The translations under genes were made by a program, and so were the position numbers. From assembly GCA_050084515.1 (NCBI GenBank), contig CM114271.1:46810001-46874000 (forward strand): a stretch of 64,000 nt of DNA, in the 5' to 3' direction. Below the pieces are notes generated by a model. The model saw only the letters and a program-made list of their open reading frames with translations, searched no databases and was not told where the DNA came from. Source of the stretch: Blasia pusilla. Its lineage: Eukaryota. Shown here piece by piece: positions 14,497-27,923 of the stretch. How positions within the stretch are numbered: the first letter of the stretch is position 1; every line of letters begins with the position of its first letter.

Positions 14497-15120
14497 TGTC
14501 ACGTCCTTTAGGATAGATCGGTCAGATCTAGTAGAGCGTCTTCAAGAGTAGTGGAGGACACGCCTACGAGGTCGATGATGACCTGCTGAGGCCCTGGGAA
14601 ACCTGAGAGAGCAGGTTTCCCCTTCGTTTTGGCTCATTTGGAGCCATATTGAGGAACTTATTATTTTAGGTAAGTGCCATTTTGAGTATATGATCGATTT
14701 TCTAATTTTGGTAAGTGGCCCTTGACCTCCTACATCAGGTCAAGAGCCAAGAAGGTGACTTGGGAGAATAGGTTACCATGGAGAGAGCTTGGGAGAGGGA
14801 AGGGGTATATATCCCAAGGAGAGAGAGCTTGAGAGCTCATTCTCTCTTTGTTGAACCTCTTGGCATGAGGCGGCGGAGCTATGGTCCCTTGCCTTGTGAG
14901 TGTAACCCTAGCCTTTCATTAGGAGAGTGGGTTTGGTTTGACATGAGAAACAGTGCACATCTTTGAGAGCTATGGTTTGAGATTGTGTAGAGAGAGATTG
15001 GAGATATTTTGGTACTTCTTGTCTCATTGTTTGGATGCCATGAGTTAGCATGGGATCGTGCGTGTTTGTGTGTGTGTTCGGTGACAACGATGTTGTGTAG
15101 CGATGTGTATGCGCACGACA
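14497..15120 (+). mobile_element. Solo LTR family B
   Basis: TGTCACGTCC...TATGCGCACGACA with 4-bp TSD GTGG on both sides; related copies at 1056, 29589, 46389 and 46695. Confidence 0.92.
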
Positions 15121-15188
15121 GTGGAACAATATGTCCATCAAGATTGGATTTAGACCTTTATGGAGAGGTGTGACGGGATCATTGTGGA

Positions 15189-15920
15189 TGTCATAGTAGA
15201 TGAGGTGTAGGGCAAGATATTATCGAAGCCTTAGAGAGATCTTGTACTTCCCTATTTTGAGAGGTCATATAGACTCATATGTGATCTGCTCTTAGGAAAT
15301 GACCTACCAATGTAGGTCGTCCTTCTATTTATGACGAGTGGCAATCTTCGAGAGGTTGACCTTCCCAACCATGTATGATTCCACCTGGAGCTATAGGGTC
15401 GAGGGTTAGTTGGTAGTTGATCTCATGAGATGACCGCATATGTAGTTGTTGAGAGTTAGTACTTGTGTACTACAAGTTGGTAGGAACCTGCTAGGAGGGA
15501 GGTGACTTGTATGTACAAGTCACTTATGGAGGTGCCCAAGAGGATATACCTCGGAGGAAGCTCATTTTGAGCTCATCTTCCCTAGAATCATACTCATGTT
15601 GGGATTCGTGACACAATGCAGCTTGCATGTATTCAGTTTGGATTCTCTCTTGAAGAATGGGCTAGGATTGATCAAAGATCACACACATTTTGGGAGTCCT
15701 TTGTACACTTTCTTCTACTATTACATTAGTGTATCTGATTCATGGATATGGCTGCTTAGATTAAGCATGGATAATTGCAGATTTCATCAGAGTTTACGAT
15801 TTATATTCAACTTTATATTGGGGTTGTCTAGTTGTTCATTTGTAGATATATTAGGATTCATTTGTACATGGATCTTAGACATATATGTGCATGACAGCCG
15901 ATGTATATTGGCAACGATAT
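15189..15920 (+). mobile_element. LTR family C, short form lacking the 1.57-kb interior
   Basis: TGTCATAGTAGATGAGG start; colinear with both ends of the reverse complement of 32711-35649 but without 33450-35021. No TSD found. Confidence 0.75.
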
Positions 15921-18817
15921 GGGCTATTGACACAAGTGCCCTTTGATGTGTGGAAGTCTTCAATAGGTATTCAAAAGCTTGGTATGGGTGTGGTGGTAGA
16001 ATTTCCACCAACGATATGTATGTTACGATCAGTTGGCCTGGAGGAAACTAAGATAATGGGGTTGGACTCTTCTCCCTATTGTGGTCAATTTTGGAAATAT
16101 TCAATGTTGGTAGAGTGTGGCTCGACACAAGAATTTATGGGTAACATATGATGAGTGGAGATACATGACCCTGGTGGATGTGTGTGCCAACGATGGCGGT
16201 GTGCATTGGTGGTTTAAGAGGATGGTGTATGGTATGCATAACCCCACCCATGGATATGTTTTCTCTAGGATGATGGTTATGTTATGAGTAGTGTGTGATA
16301 ATTGAGAATGATATGGATTGGATAGGGGCAACTAACGATGGTACGAGTAAGCACTTGGCCTCTTGATCTTAGCACCAAAAAGATGCATGTTACTTTGTTG
16401 GTTACTTTCCACATAATGGTTGATTGTCTTGGGTTGGAGGGACATAATTATAGACTAGGAGGAGATTTATGTAACCTCTTTCCAAAACATGCAAATGGAT
16501 ATTTACATGTGATACATATAATTTATATTATGTTGGTATTATGTCAGTGTATGTTACTATATGCATGATAATGATATATGTTGTGTAACAATATATATCC
16601 CCACAATAAGATAAACGCTTAAAGTTCTAGATGTTTCCTGGCTTGTCCTTCAAAGCCCCTAGTACCTCCTCCCCTATCCCTCAAAGAATTCTATATGAAG
16701 ATTGAATACATACAACATTCATTAAGTACCTCCATCCGCACTCTTATTAACAATATTTCCTAGCCCTCCATACAATCGAGATGAGTCGGCACCTCTATCC
16801 ACTCTGAGTTATACCTTTCTCCAAGTCGTACCCACCTAGTTTGGAATATCTATACAAAGTCTATGAGAGGGAGATTAGAAACTAAGTACTTCCGTTCATA
16901 AATCCTATCACAACATAGAAGTGGTTCATTTCTTAAGGTCAATCCATCATTTCGCATCAATAGTATTGTAAATTGTGAAACTACACACTTCATTTCCAAA
17001 ATTATTGTGGTATCTTGATTTATATCAGTACTAGTGAAGATTACATATCAAATTATAAGCATCCAAGCCTAGATCATAACCTATAATCAATAATTATTAC
17101 ATACATATTTTGTATTTTTACTACATTGTATGTGGTTGGTACCAATAGGATGCATTCCAATACCAAAACAAACAAATATAGAAACCTTTTTTATATGAAT
17201 CCAATTTTCATTGCTCTCTTTAACATTAATTCTATATGAGTTGAATTGAAAGGGAGAGGTGAAGTCAATCTTCTAGTTGCGCATTGCCTACAACATAGCC
17301 AATCAAATTATCATGAAAGGAATATATATATATTTAGTTAGATAGGTGGAATATGGATTGACTCATAGAATACTACTAGCCGTTGAGACTACTCCCTCCT
17401 TATTTTATACCCCATAAACAATAATAGAACCTTACGCGGAGTCCATAAAGCCATGAAATCTTGCTAGCAAGAATCAGACTGGTGCATGAACTTGTAGCTT
17501 GCAAATATATATGTTATGTGTTGCTTATAAGGATGTCGTTGTACATGTGTCACATCATCATTTTCTTTTAAAAATTAAAGGAATGCGCACAGTGTCACTG
17601 GCCCTGGCCATTTTGGTTTAGGGGAGATCCTAGGTTATGAGTAAAGCTAGCCAATTAAGATAGAATTTTTTTTTAGTTGTGAAGTCGCCCAGCAAACACA
17701 AGTTGGATTTGTGTAGGTTTTTTTAACATCGTATTTGAAAACAGGTTGAAGTACTGGGATTACTACTTCCAAGAGGAAGTTCACGGCAATGTACCAAGTC
17801 CCACGGAAACGCTTCCCACGCCAGATAACTATTTGCATGGACCCCAAACTTCATATGAACGCTTCCATCAAAATGTCAAAACCAGATTTTTGCCCCCATG
17901 AACCGGCGAGTAGGGAGGTTTAATGCAGAATTCGCACCTTTTTCAGTTGTCCGTATGTGCATACAATATCTCCGGTGCGTATACCCGTTTATTACACCAA
18001 GTTCAAAGGAAGTTCAGAATCTTGGGCTTGTTTTCCTCACAGAGATTCTTAACGCGGGAAAATTATGATTATCACCCCCAGCTGTTCTTGGAGAAGTAAG
18101 TCTCTCCATAACTTCGACTCATCTATTAAGCATGGTATTAGTGGCATTATCAATTTTTCTACATAGCATGAACCCTTAGCAAATTGAAGAATTGGAAGTC
18201 TCAAACACATGAAAACCTCATTGGTAGTAGAACCTAACCTGAGGGAATGTTTGGACTGCAAATTTTATCATCATGAGCACAACCCATAGGCAATAAAGCT
18301 TACATACGTGAATCCTTCATGAGGAGAATAGGTATTTGAGAGAGCAGAGTAGCCATTAGGAGGAAAAACAGAAAGTTTGAAGTATGTGAACCCGAAAGGG
18401 AAAACACGACTAGAGTATGAAATTTCAATAACATTTTCTTTACATTTAATTACTACATTTGCAATTTAAATGCATTGTGAAACAAGCTAGGGAGACAACA
18501 AAGCGAACCAATGACATCGAAGTAATTATGTATCATAATTCACATCTGCTATTTCAAGGAAAATTGAATTTAAATTGGACAGGTCTTTTATTTAATTGAA
18601 ACGATTTTGAATGAAAGAGGGAAAAAACCAAATTAAAGAGGATTTAAGTGGGAGGAGAGATGGTTTAAAATTTTATGACGAGGTGAGATAATTTCAAAAT
18701 GTGGGACATTACTTAGCCTATAATCGAGGAATACAATACAGTTATTTTTCAAATTTAAGAAATAAGCTAATATTTTAACTTTTAAGAAGATTATTTCTAT
18801 ACTACTTGCACCATTTT

Positions 18818-18845
18818 CGTGCTCATGCACGGGCATGCTTACTAG
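18818..18845 (+). mobile_element. Helitron 3' terminus (5' end not located)
   Basis: Hairpin CGTGC-TCAT-GCACG followed by GGCATGCTTA-CTAG|T; nearly the same as the terminus at 27895-27923. Confidence 0.7.
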
Positions 18846-19393
18846 TTGTATTATGGCATACGCATATATAAGTAGGAGAAGAATGTTGTGAAACTTTGGG
18901 ACAAATGGATGACTCTGAATATTTGAACGAAGGCTTTGAAATGCACATGACTGAAGAGAGTATCGTTGAATGTTAGGAGGCAATTGCACATCCCTCAATC
19001 CGAGCCCATATGTCAGCAGACAGTTCCACTTCCTCAATAGGAGACATCTGCTTTCTAGCGTGGAATGACGTGCGGATGGTTCTACTCCTACATCTCTCGA
19101 TTTAATTGAGAGATGATTGAGAGTGCCATGCAACTGCAGTAAGGAATTGCGATCAAACCTAACAAACTTGTTGCGGAGATATGCTGAGAGCTTCATTCAT
19201 GGGAATTCAGTCCAGCGCCGGCGCACATGAGGCCAAAATGAGAGGAATCGAATCCCAATTGAAGCTCGAAACTCACTCCGAATCGCATGCAGAGAGACCT
19301 AAAAGCGGATTTCACTACTTTCACTGAATGTACAGGTTTGGCGTCTGCAAGCTCTACTAGAAAGTAAAATGCCCGTGGTTGTAAGGAGAATAT

Positions 19394-21344
19394 TTATGCC
19401 CTAGAACAAAATGCACCTGCAGACGGCCAACTGATAGTGTGCGCTTGCAGATCAAAGAAGAGCACGAATGAGAAAATACTCCCCTGCGTGTTGGGTGAAT
19501 AAAGGTCTGGAAAAATGCCCAGATTGAGGGCGTAGCTCTCGCAGCCGGGCCCACTGTTGATCCAAAACGACCTTTCTGTTGCGTTTTTCAGCAGTAAGGT
19601 ACTGTCGAGGTCGACAGAGATGGTTTGTCCATCCTCCAGCATAGAAACGTTTACCTTAGCCAGTAGTCCCAAGGTTGGCGAGGAGCTGACACTGATACTG
19701 CCTCCCAAGATTTGAAGCGTTTTGTTCAGGGTTGGCCCTTCTACTGGCGGAGTAGGCTTGCAGATGTACACACCTGCATAAGCAGCTGCGATGATGTTGT
19801 TGTTGAGCGCTTCCAGTGCTGTTATGAGAGTGCTGAGGATGGAGTTGCCCAACACAATGGGCGCCGATGCACTGGCGTTCGCGTGCCGCGCCGAAGTTAG
19901 AACGGAGATGCCCAGCTGCGTGGTGGGGTCGAACGCTAGATATGAGTTGAAACCACCGATGATGCCCGACTTGGACATGATAAAGGAAGGAGAGTCGACA
20001 GTCAGCTTTACCAGCTCCCACGGAAGAGCGAATCCCGCCTCGTCGTCCGGAAACAGTACTACGGGGTGCATCCATTCGCGCATCGTTATGGTTGAGATGA
20101 GCGGGGGCTTGGCTGTCAGGAGGAACGCTAGGAGTTTGGCGAGGTCATCCGATGTTGAATACCTGCGCAAGCAAGGTGTGCTCTGACTCAGCTGCTAGTC
20201 CATTCCCGGCTTCCAAGAACTGGTGTAGGGACTGATAAGGACGACAACTACAGTCGGCTGCGAACTCATGTGCACACCTACATTACATTCCGAGAGAATT
20301 GTCGGGAATTGTAGAAGCTATGTCGATTCGCACATTCGCTACTCTGTTCTCAGCATGCGACTGAGGGTGGAAGATGGTGACAAAACTGACGTGCACGGAT
20401 TACGACTATTTGACCTGACCACCTACATCTTGCGAAAAAAATGGTAACCTTGACGAGTAACGAAGGCGATCAGGACAGAAGCAGAAATCAGTAACGATCA
20501 TGTCTACTACAGTCACACTATGTAAGAAACGCTCGAATTGTACAGGTGAAGATGTCAGGACTTACATTTCTCCGGCAGGTGCAATCCAACCAATCGGCTC
20601 TGCTGGGAAGACAGCGGGAGCCAAAATCACGTTCGAAACGTTCGTCCCGGTGCTATCCATCCCCAGAGGCTTTACGATTTCGTCCATGACCCAATGTGCC
20701 CAAGACTTGGTGGGACTCGTGACCTTCTCCCAAGCGTGCCCTAAAAGAGCGTAGCCCAAGTTCGAGTAAGCGGGCATATTGCTCCAGGGAGGTGTCGTAA
20801 GCTGCATGTGAGAGACCAGCTCCAGAATTTCAGATTCCTCCGTTGCGCATTCGCTGAAGTAGTTGCAGAGATCGCGAGGCAAGCCGGAGACATGCCCCAT
20901 AAGCTCTCGCAGTGTGATGTCATGTTCTCCATACGGATTGATGATAGAAAACTTTGGCAAAAACTTCTTCACAGGATCCTCCAGAGAGAGCTGACCCCTC
21001 TCACGGAGAATCAAGGAACCTAGAGATGTGAAGATTTTCGTGAGGGAGCCAATGCGAAACCGAGTGGTTGTCAGGCCGGTAGTGTAGATAGTTCGGTCTC
21101 TATGAACTATAGACACTGCGTAGGAAGCAATGTCGTTGTTTTTTACAAACGTTGGAATGGACTCATCCAGATGCTGGAAAATCTCTACGAAGGGTGAGGC
21201 AGAGTAATCGTAGGTAATGGACTTGAAGACGTCTGACGGTGCTAGAATCGCCGGACATTGTTGCGCAGAAGCTAACCCTGTAAAGCAGAGAGACAGAGCG
21301 AAGGCTAAGGACAAACGAAGGTGTTGGGGCCCTGGAGTTTCCAT
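19394..21344 (-). CDS. Secreted beta-lactamase-family (class C/AmpC-like fold) serine hydrolase, 515 aa, two exons: 21344-20566 and 20162-19394
   Basis: Hydrophobic signal-peptide-like N-terminus (LRLSLAFALSLCFTGLASA); SxxK motif FRIGSLTK; YxN motif AYSNLGYALLG; KSG triad (MSKSGIIGGF). The GT-AG intron 20565-20163 (AT|GTAAGT ... TTGCGCAG|G) splices in frame to give the family motif PAGEMYSTSDDLAK. No stops. Confidence 0.9.
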
Positions 21345-23662
21345 TGACAGAGGTGAAGAGGTTCTGTCGTAGAGGACTTAAAGGACCTCCACTGGCGCCT
21401 TCATCTGTTCAGTCCCGTGACTCCTGGGAATCTACAACGAAGTGATGCAGGTTTAAACATGCATTTGCAAGAGAGAGGATAGGCTGGATGATCGCCAGAC
21501 GGAATGATACTAACACGGATGCGCAAAGCAGGAATGTCTCCTGCTCGCGCGAAACGCTAGAGCTACAGCCGAAGATACAACGTCTCGATGGGACGAGTAT
21601 CCTGAGATTTTTACCGCCCATGCGTTGACTGATGAACTGCAGATGGCTCAACGACCTTGCTTACTACCTACTTTAGTTTCCTCTCAACGCGAGCGTTGCG
21701 GCTTGCGGAATTTCTTCCTCTCGGTTCCATTCCTGTCAGACAAGGGGTGAGACGGATCCTGCAGAGCCATCAAAATTGTTTCGCGCCCCTCTATGTTTAT
21801 ATGGGCGCCTACGCCGCTAGTCTTCCCAGAACCAGATCTCCCTCAATTTTCAAAAGTGAGGTAAGGAATCTAACAACTCTGGGTGTTCATTACTTTCACG
21901 AACATCGTGGTCTCTCTGGGTTGTACCTTCCTGTCCGTGCAGGTCCCCCCTACTCACACTGCTGACTGCTCGCGGTCTGTTCAAAGCTTCAAGCGAGTGG
22001 GACCCCTTTGGCATTACTGTTGGAGAGCTGTGTCACAATCTGGGGCGTTGAAATCATTACTCATTACTCACATGAGCGAACTGTCGCCTCTCTGTAGTCA
22101 TAATTTCTTTCCTGCGTCCCAATGAAGGGAACTGAGAAAGTGAGACGGGCTACTGCATCCCGGACCCCCGGTCACTATCTGGGGAGTTGAAATCAATCTC
22201 TCACATGAGGGAACTATTTTCTGTGTCCAGTCAGAGAGCGTCTGCTGCGGATCTGCACCTCCGTGAGTAAATGTAGTTCTTTCGTGCTTTCTGCTGAGGC
22301 GTGGATCAGGGACGTACGACGCCTTCAGATGCCTTTCACTGGTGTGTCCGATGCGATTCCGGCATGCCACAAAACACAACGCCGCCTGGACGCGAAATTG
22401 GCATAATGCCTTCACATGTATAGATCCAACCGCTCACCGAACCATTATGATGGCGTTTCTCATTTAATGCCGCCTCGACCAATAGGCACGCGGAGAGACT
22501 CCAAACTCTTAAGCTGCGAACCTCGATCAAAGAGCCGAGAAACATACAGAAACGCGCGTTCTACCGGCATTCTTTGTAACCCCAGCCGGTAAAATCTAAG
22601 AATTTCCGATCCAACGACCAAAAGTTCGGGAACAACCGACCAGGGAAACGAGGATCCTGTAGAAAAAAATTGAGAAAAACCGGCAAATATTTGGATATTC
22701 CCGATCAGACGCTTTTGAGTGTCGGGAAAAACCGACCAGGTCGGAAACTCTATGCGCCCCCTATTATCTACAGCTCGTGATATTTCCCGACAGTCAAATC
22801 GTCTGCGGATCAGACGGCTCCGATGGGCGGAACGCCGATTTTGCTCGTCAAAACCTTGTCAGGAGTGAACCTCATCGTCCGTGCACACCGGTGAGCCCTG
22901 CAACGTTTCGTCTGATCACATGAACCACCTTCCGTAACTCACGGACCTACAGCTGCATGAGGAAAGGGACGGTCACCTGCAGGCTGCAGTGGCACCGAAT
23001 CACCGATGTGACGAGTACGACGACCATAAGAAACGGGATTATTAAAAAGAAGAAAAGGGATTGTAGAGGGATTATAAGTGCTTTCACGGAGGTGCGTTCG
23101 CAGTCAAGTGGATACCACATGACTTCGACTTTCATTACACTGGGGGGATCGCCCGTGTAATTTGTACTTTCATAACGACTTTCCAATCCTCTTAATCTAC
23201 CCGAGGAGTAGGTGTGAATTGCACGAGAACAGGGAATCGTTAACATATTCAAACTTCGATCCCCGCTCACATTTTCTCATTTCAGGGAAGGATTATTGCG
23301 TCGGACAAAATTCATGTCGCTAGAAGAGACGGAGATTAAGCCCCGTCGAATGCAGACTCCTACCTAACTCGTCGCTCTCGTAACTTTTCTTCGCATCTTC
23401 CAAACGCGCGAGGTTTGTAAGGTGACCTTGAAATGATTGATTCGTTCGAATCCTCGTTTGGTTTTGAGTGGTCGCGCTGCTTAAAATTACGGGGACAAGG
23501 AAGCGATGTCCGACGACTCCAGATCCTTGTTTGCATGTTGACGAGCTATCGTTACGTCGTACCCACTTCGGATCAAACTTGACAGGCTAAGGCAGCCATC
23601 GAAATCCCGTCCAATTACATGGCTCGACACAATCGCGGTCCAGCTCAGATCTGTTTGAAACT

Positions 23663-25170
23663 ATGACCTAGGACGTTGAAGACGACGTTTTCATGAACTT
23701 TATCACCGCCTGGTCAAAATAGACAATTGCCTTCAGGCCCTCTACCTATCTCTTCAACGACCGGAAAGATGGACGTTCGTGCCTCCACTCCAATCTGAGA
23801 ACAATTCCAGAGACCAGAGCTCTTCTCGTCCGCGCGCTCTTCAGGTTCCTCACCATGTAGAGACTTCCTGTAACAACAGTCATCCACAATATATCTCTCC
23901 GGCTGAATAGGCAGATCTCTCACCACTAGTAGAAAATCTTAGAGCTTCTCACGTTCTTCACTGACGATGAGGAAGCTCTTCCGACAAGCGTCAGCGTTGA
24001 TGTTGCGACTGAATGGCGACACAAACGAGAAAGCATGCGCTCGACATTTGAAGCTCACCTTGGGCAGGGAACATGAGCAAGAATCTATGGCTCTCATCAC
24101 ACACACCCCAAGTACGATAGGGAAAAGGTGTGGACCTTCTAGGACAACCCCTACCATCACGAATGGTGATGAAAGAATATTACCAGAATGCCCGCCCTGC
24201 CTCACTGGGCACTTCCTTAGTAAACTGCAGTTCACGTCTTTTGGAGGGATTGAAGGGCTACACGGCACTGTATCTTGCACTGTTCGACGACTAATCTAAC
24301 TCACCAGATTTGAGTCCAGAGGAATCCTATCTTGTTGAACCACAGCACTCCCGACCTCGAAAGGAAAAGAGGAAGACGCAAAAGCAAAGAAGTAAGCAGA
24401 TGAAGCACCCAACAGACAATGACGAGGCTCCCACGACAACACGCGTGAGCTCGAAAGTGAAATCGGTCACAGTTTGCCTCCACAGACATGACGAAATCGG
24501 TCACAGTTTGCCTCCATAGACTTTAAAGTACATATTCAGTCGTCCTCACGTAGGAGCCTCTCCTAATCGACTTGATCTGTATCAGACACACCTCAGAGGG
24601 AAGATTACGATCTCTTTCGTGTGTCTGAAAGCCATCACGAAAGCTAGACAAGGCAGTTGACGGCTTTTCCAAACATGGACAAACCACAAGTCTTCTCTAT
24701 TTGCGTGTAGCCGACGAGACTGTTCTCCAACAGAGAAAATATAGAACGGTAGAAGAAACACCTCAAACGTCAAAACGAAGACAGATTCCTATGGGTCGAG
24801 AAAGCCGAACCCACCCCGCATGCGACGAGAAGAGGAGGAGGACCACAGTTCCAGTGCCGCGGCGAAGTACAAGGAAGCTCTCTTAACCTTTCTAGACTCA
24901 ACCCGACGCTCGGAAACGAAGCGTTCGGAAGAAGATTCTGGAGGCGTAACGAGATGGGAGTTTGAAGAGACAAGATAAAGGATAGTGACTAGCCCACCGT
25001 TCTGCTGAGCAACTGAAGCGGAAACAAGCTGTGTACAGACTCGGAGTTGGGTGACAGACACGGACATCCAAGCGCTAGTCACGAGGGCCGAGGTAAAGGA
25101 AGACTGCCGAGGAATGGTGGGGGAAAGTCTCTGACATATACAACTCTTCACTGTAAGAGCACATAATCTT
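23663..25170 (+). pseudogene. Degenerate ORF of unknown product, probably TE-associated
   Basis: The frame from ATG 23663 reads protein-like (MT*DVEDDVFMNFITAWSK*TIAFRP...KILELLTFFTDDEEALP...), with stops mostly TAG/TGA, compatible with CAG/CGA/TGG decay. A charged segment follows at 24820-25170. Confidence 0.35.
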
Positions 25171-25309
25171 CCGAATTCGAATCCTTCTCACCGCCGAATA
25201 TACAAACTACGGTGAAACGTTCGGGTTATGTATGACAACGTTTTGTTCAGGGGGCAATTGTATTACCTGCCGCCGACTTCCAAACCAGACTAATACACAA
25301 GAATCCCCT

Positions 25310-25390
25310 CCATGGTGCGGGGAGTTTCAAGTCGAAAGCAGTATTTCCCAGCTGTTTATGTATATGAGAATAGTTTCCCACCTTTGAATC
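25310..25390 (-). pseudogene. Ty3/gypsy integrase C-terminal (GPY/F region) fragment
   Basis: GNYSHIHKQLGNTAFDLKLPAPWR resembles the G-P-(F/Y)...G..AY.L.LP..W.IH segment of gypsy integrases. Confidence 0.5.
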
Positions 25391-25532
25391 GTCGTTCTTC
25401 TGTAGAAAATTATCCGATATTCTCTTTTTCTCTTGACCTTCCAAGTCGTGATGAAAGTTTGGACCGGATAACTCTGCCCGTTACTCTCCACGCTACTAGG
25501 TCCAGTCGGGTCTCTCTACTCGAGAAACCATA

Positions 25533-27923
25533 TCTATATTATAATGAGAGGAGGGAGTTACTTCTTTTGGTAACTCCCCCCTCCCAAAGAAGAAAGAAGT
25601 AATGTGAAAACGTCTCTTTTGAAAAAAAATTGAAAATTTTATGGGGACTAATTTTTGAAGCAAAGTTCCATTTTTCTTAGAAAACTTTAACACTCTCCAT
25701 CAGCCTTATGTTTGAACGAGGTGGCGTTTCCTTCCACATGCGAACTATTTTCTTCCACAGGCTTATTTTTGAACCATATGTGATTTAATTCCAACCTGAT
25801 GGGATTTTATTCCATGGTCTTATAATAGAGGAATTCTTTCACTGGTCATAAGACACCTGTTAGCTAGGCAGCTTTAGAATTGTAAATAAATTAGCCTCTC
25901 TCTAAGTTGGAGCATACTCGAAGTTGAAGCAGGTGGCGCAGACAACTTGGAGCAAACCCGAAGGAACCGAAGAAGGTGGACTTATCGTCAGATTTATGAG
26001 GTGAGGAAATTCGTCGGGCACCGAGCAAGAAATGATGAGCATCGAGTGCTTGCCATTGTGAGCATCCAGTTCTCAGGCAAGGAACTCCTTACAACACTTC
26101 TTGGGAGAGGTCCTCATTGTCATCAAAGAGAGAGTAGTGGTCATGTGATTACTTTGTGATTCACGCATTGTAGCTCCAGTTCATTTTTTCTGGATCTAAC
26201 GAGATCCGTGTGGTAGCGGTCAGCCCCATAGCCATTCGCATCGTCGAATCCTCGCTCCCGTTCTAATTACGTCATGAGAAACATAAACCTGATTGAGTTG
26301 GAACGAGCCTGCCCATTGACTATGGATTTAGTTCCGAATTGAATTCACCCGCTGGATTCATTTGGCCGGATTCTTGAGATAGCCGATCTTGTCACTGAGC
26401 ATTGCGACCATCATGTAATGAATCTTTGTTGGGTTTGGTTGGGTACCAAAAGCAAACATCCTTGAACTTTTGTGTCTGCCCTTCAGTCCAACCGAGATGC
26501 CTCCCCAAACCACAACTGCTTATTTTGTTTCTAAGAGATCGATTCTGCACCTAGAAGGGATAGATAGTCCGTTTTCCAATTTTGTCAGTGAGAAAATTTC
26601 GGGACTGTGCGTAGGGAAATTTGAGAAACGAACATAGAAGCAGATTCCAAGCTATTTGATAAGAATTTTTATGTCAATGTCAATTTTCCTGACAACCATG
26701 ATCCAAAGTTGTGTTTGTAGAGGAATATAGCTCATAGAGCTGAGCTTTACGACAATGTTGATCATATCCTAGTGTTTTCCAATCGTGGAAGACACCTGCG
26801 GCAGTTATAAAAACCCTCTAAGGAATCCATAGACCCATTCCCTTAGACCTATTGATAGAAGTTGTCTAGCTCGCACGAAAGGTTGAGTTGATTACGCTGA
26901 AGTCACCTGTTGGGGGCCATGTCCAACCAATGCAATAGCTTCAACATGTTTATACATAGCCAGTCGTTAATCCCAAACATTTTGAAAAAAATAGCATTCG
27001 TATGGAATTTCTCAGTTATTAAAAGTCAAAGCCGACAGATTGTCTAACGGAAAAAGAGAGCATTGAATCCCGGAGTTTCTTGTGAGTTGAGCTATATTCC
27101 TTGATTGGATTTAGTGCATGGCCTGTAGATCACCAACAGCATTGAGGTCTGTTCAGAACTCAAGACACGCTTCAGCTCTTTACGGTTTCATTTTTACTTG
27201 CGTTACTGTGCTGCAGTTCGATTCCTTTGAATTGGAATCCTGTACAGATCACCAAAATTTGTGAGCTTCAGTTCACAATTCAAAAAAAATTTGAGCACTA
27301 GGGTTTCAGAATCATACAAATCACTACGTTGTTGTTTTATTCCTCTCCATTTGAATGCTCTGCAAACCACTTAAACCCGTGAGCTTCTCTTCAAAACTCA
27401 GCACGAGCTTCAACGTTGGGGTTTCAAAGATACCTTGTGGGGTGCCAAGAGAGATTCACTCTCTCCCTTGCTCCCCTTACACTCCACCCTGCCCTCTACC
27501 CATCACTTCCTATGGCTGGGTTCCGCTAGAGGCCGGGAGGATAGTTTTTCTGCAAAACCTTACTGCACCCATGGCTCCCTCCGAAATCAAACCGCCAACC
27601 TACATGCACTACATTGGTGGCTCTAACCAGTTTCCCAAACTCTCCACCACGTTCAGATTCGTATGTGTAAACTTTTTGAATTACACAATTTACGTTTGTT
27701 GAGAGAGTTGACATGTCGTAGGTTAGGACTAGGAAAGTTGTATATAACGAGGTGCTAAATTAAAATTATAATAATATTACATATGTGAAATTTTCTATGT
27801 GAAATTTTATATTTCTATGATTTTTTAGACTACGATTGAAAATAATCATTGGTATGGATAATATATTAATTTTTTTATATGCTAAATTTTGATGCCGAAG
27901 CAACGCACGGGCATTCTTACTAG
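25533..27923 (+). mobile_element. Non-autonomous Helitron, 2.4 kb
   Basis: A|TCTATATTATAAT 5' end at 25533; 3' end GCCGAAGCAACGCACGGGCATTCTTA-CTAG|T at 27923; inserted between A and T with no TSD. Pairing these two ends is an inference. Confidence 0.75.

Noticed and set aside
18633-19196. 187-aa ORF downstream of the hydrolase
   Set aside because: It runs across a Helitron 3' end into AT-rich sequence and has no motif.
19394-21344. Bacterial contamination as the source of the beta-lactamase-like gene
   Set aside because: It has a canonical spliceosomal intron splitting a conserved motif and is contiguous with plant TEs and PgiC.
23924-23936. Exact CACTAGTAGAAAA TIR match
   Set aside because: I found no partner TIR, TSD or subterminal repeats, and it lies within the decayed reading frame. 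It remains unexplained but is not called as an element.
24459-24521. 29-bp direct repeat (a similar 53-bp tandem pair lies near 28235-28340)
   Set aside because: Only two copies each; ordinary local tandem duplications.
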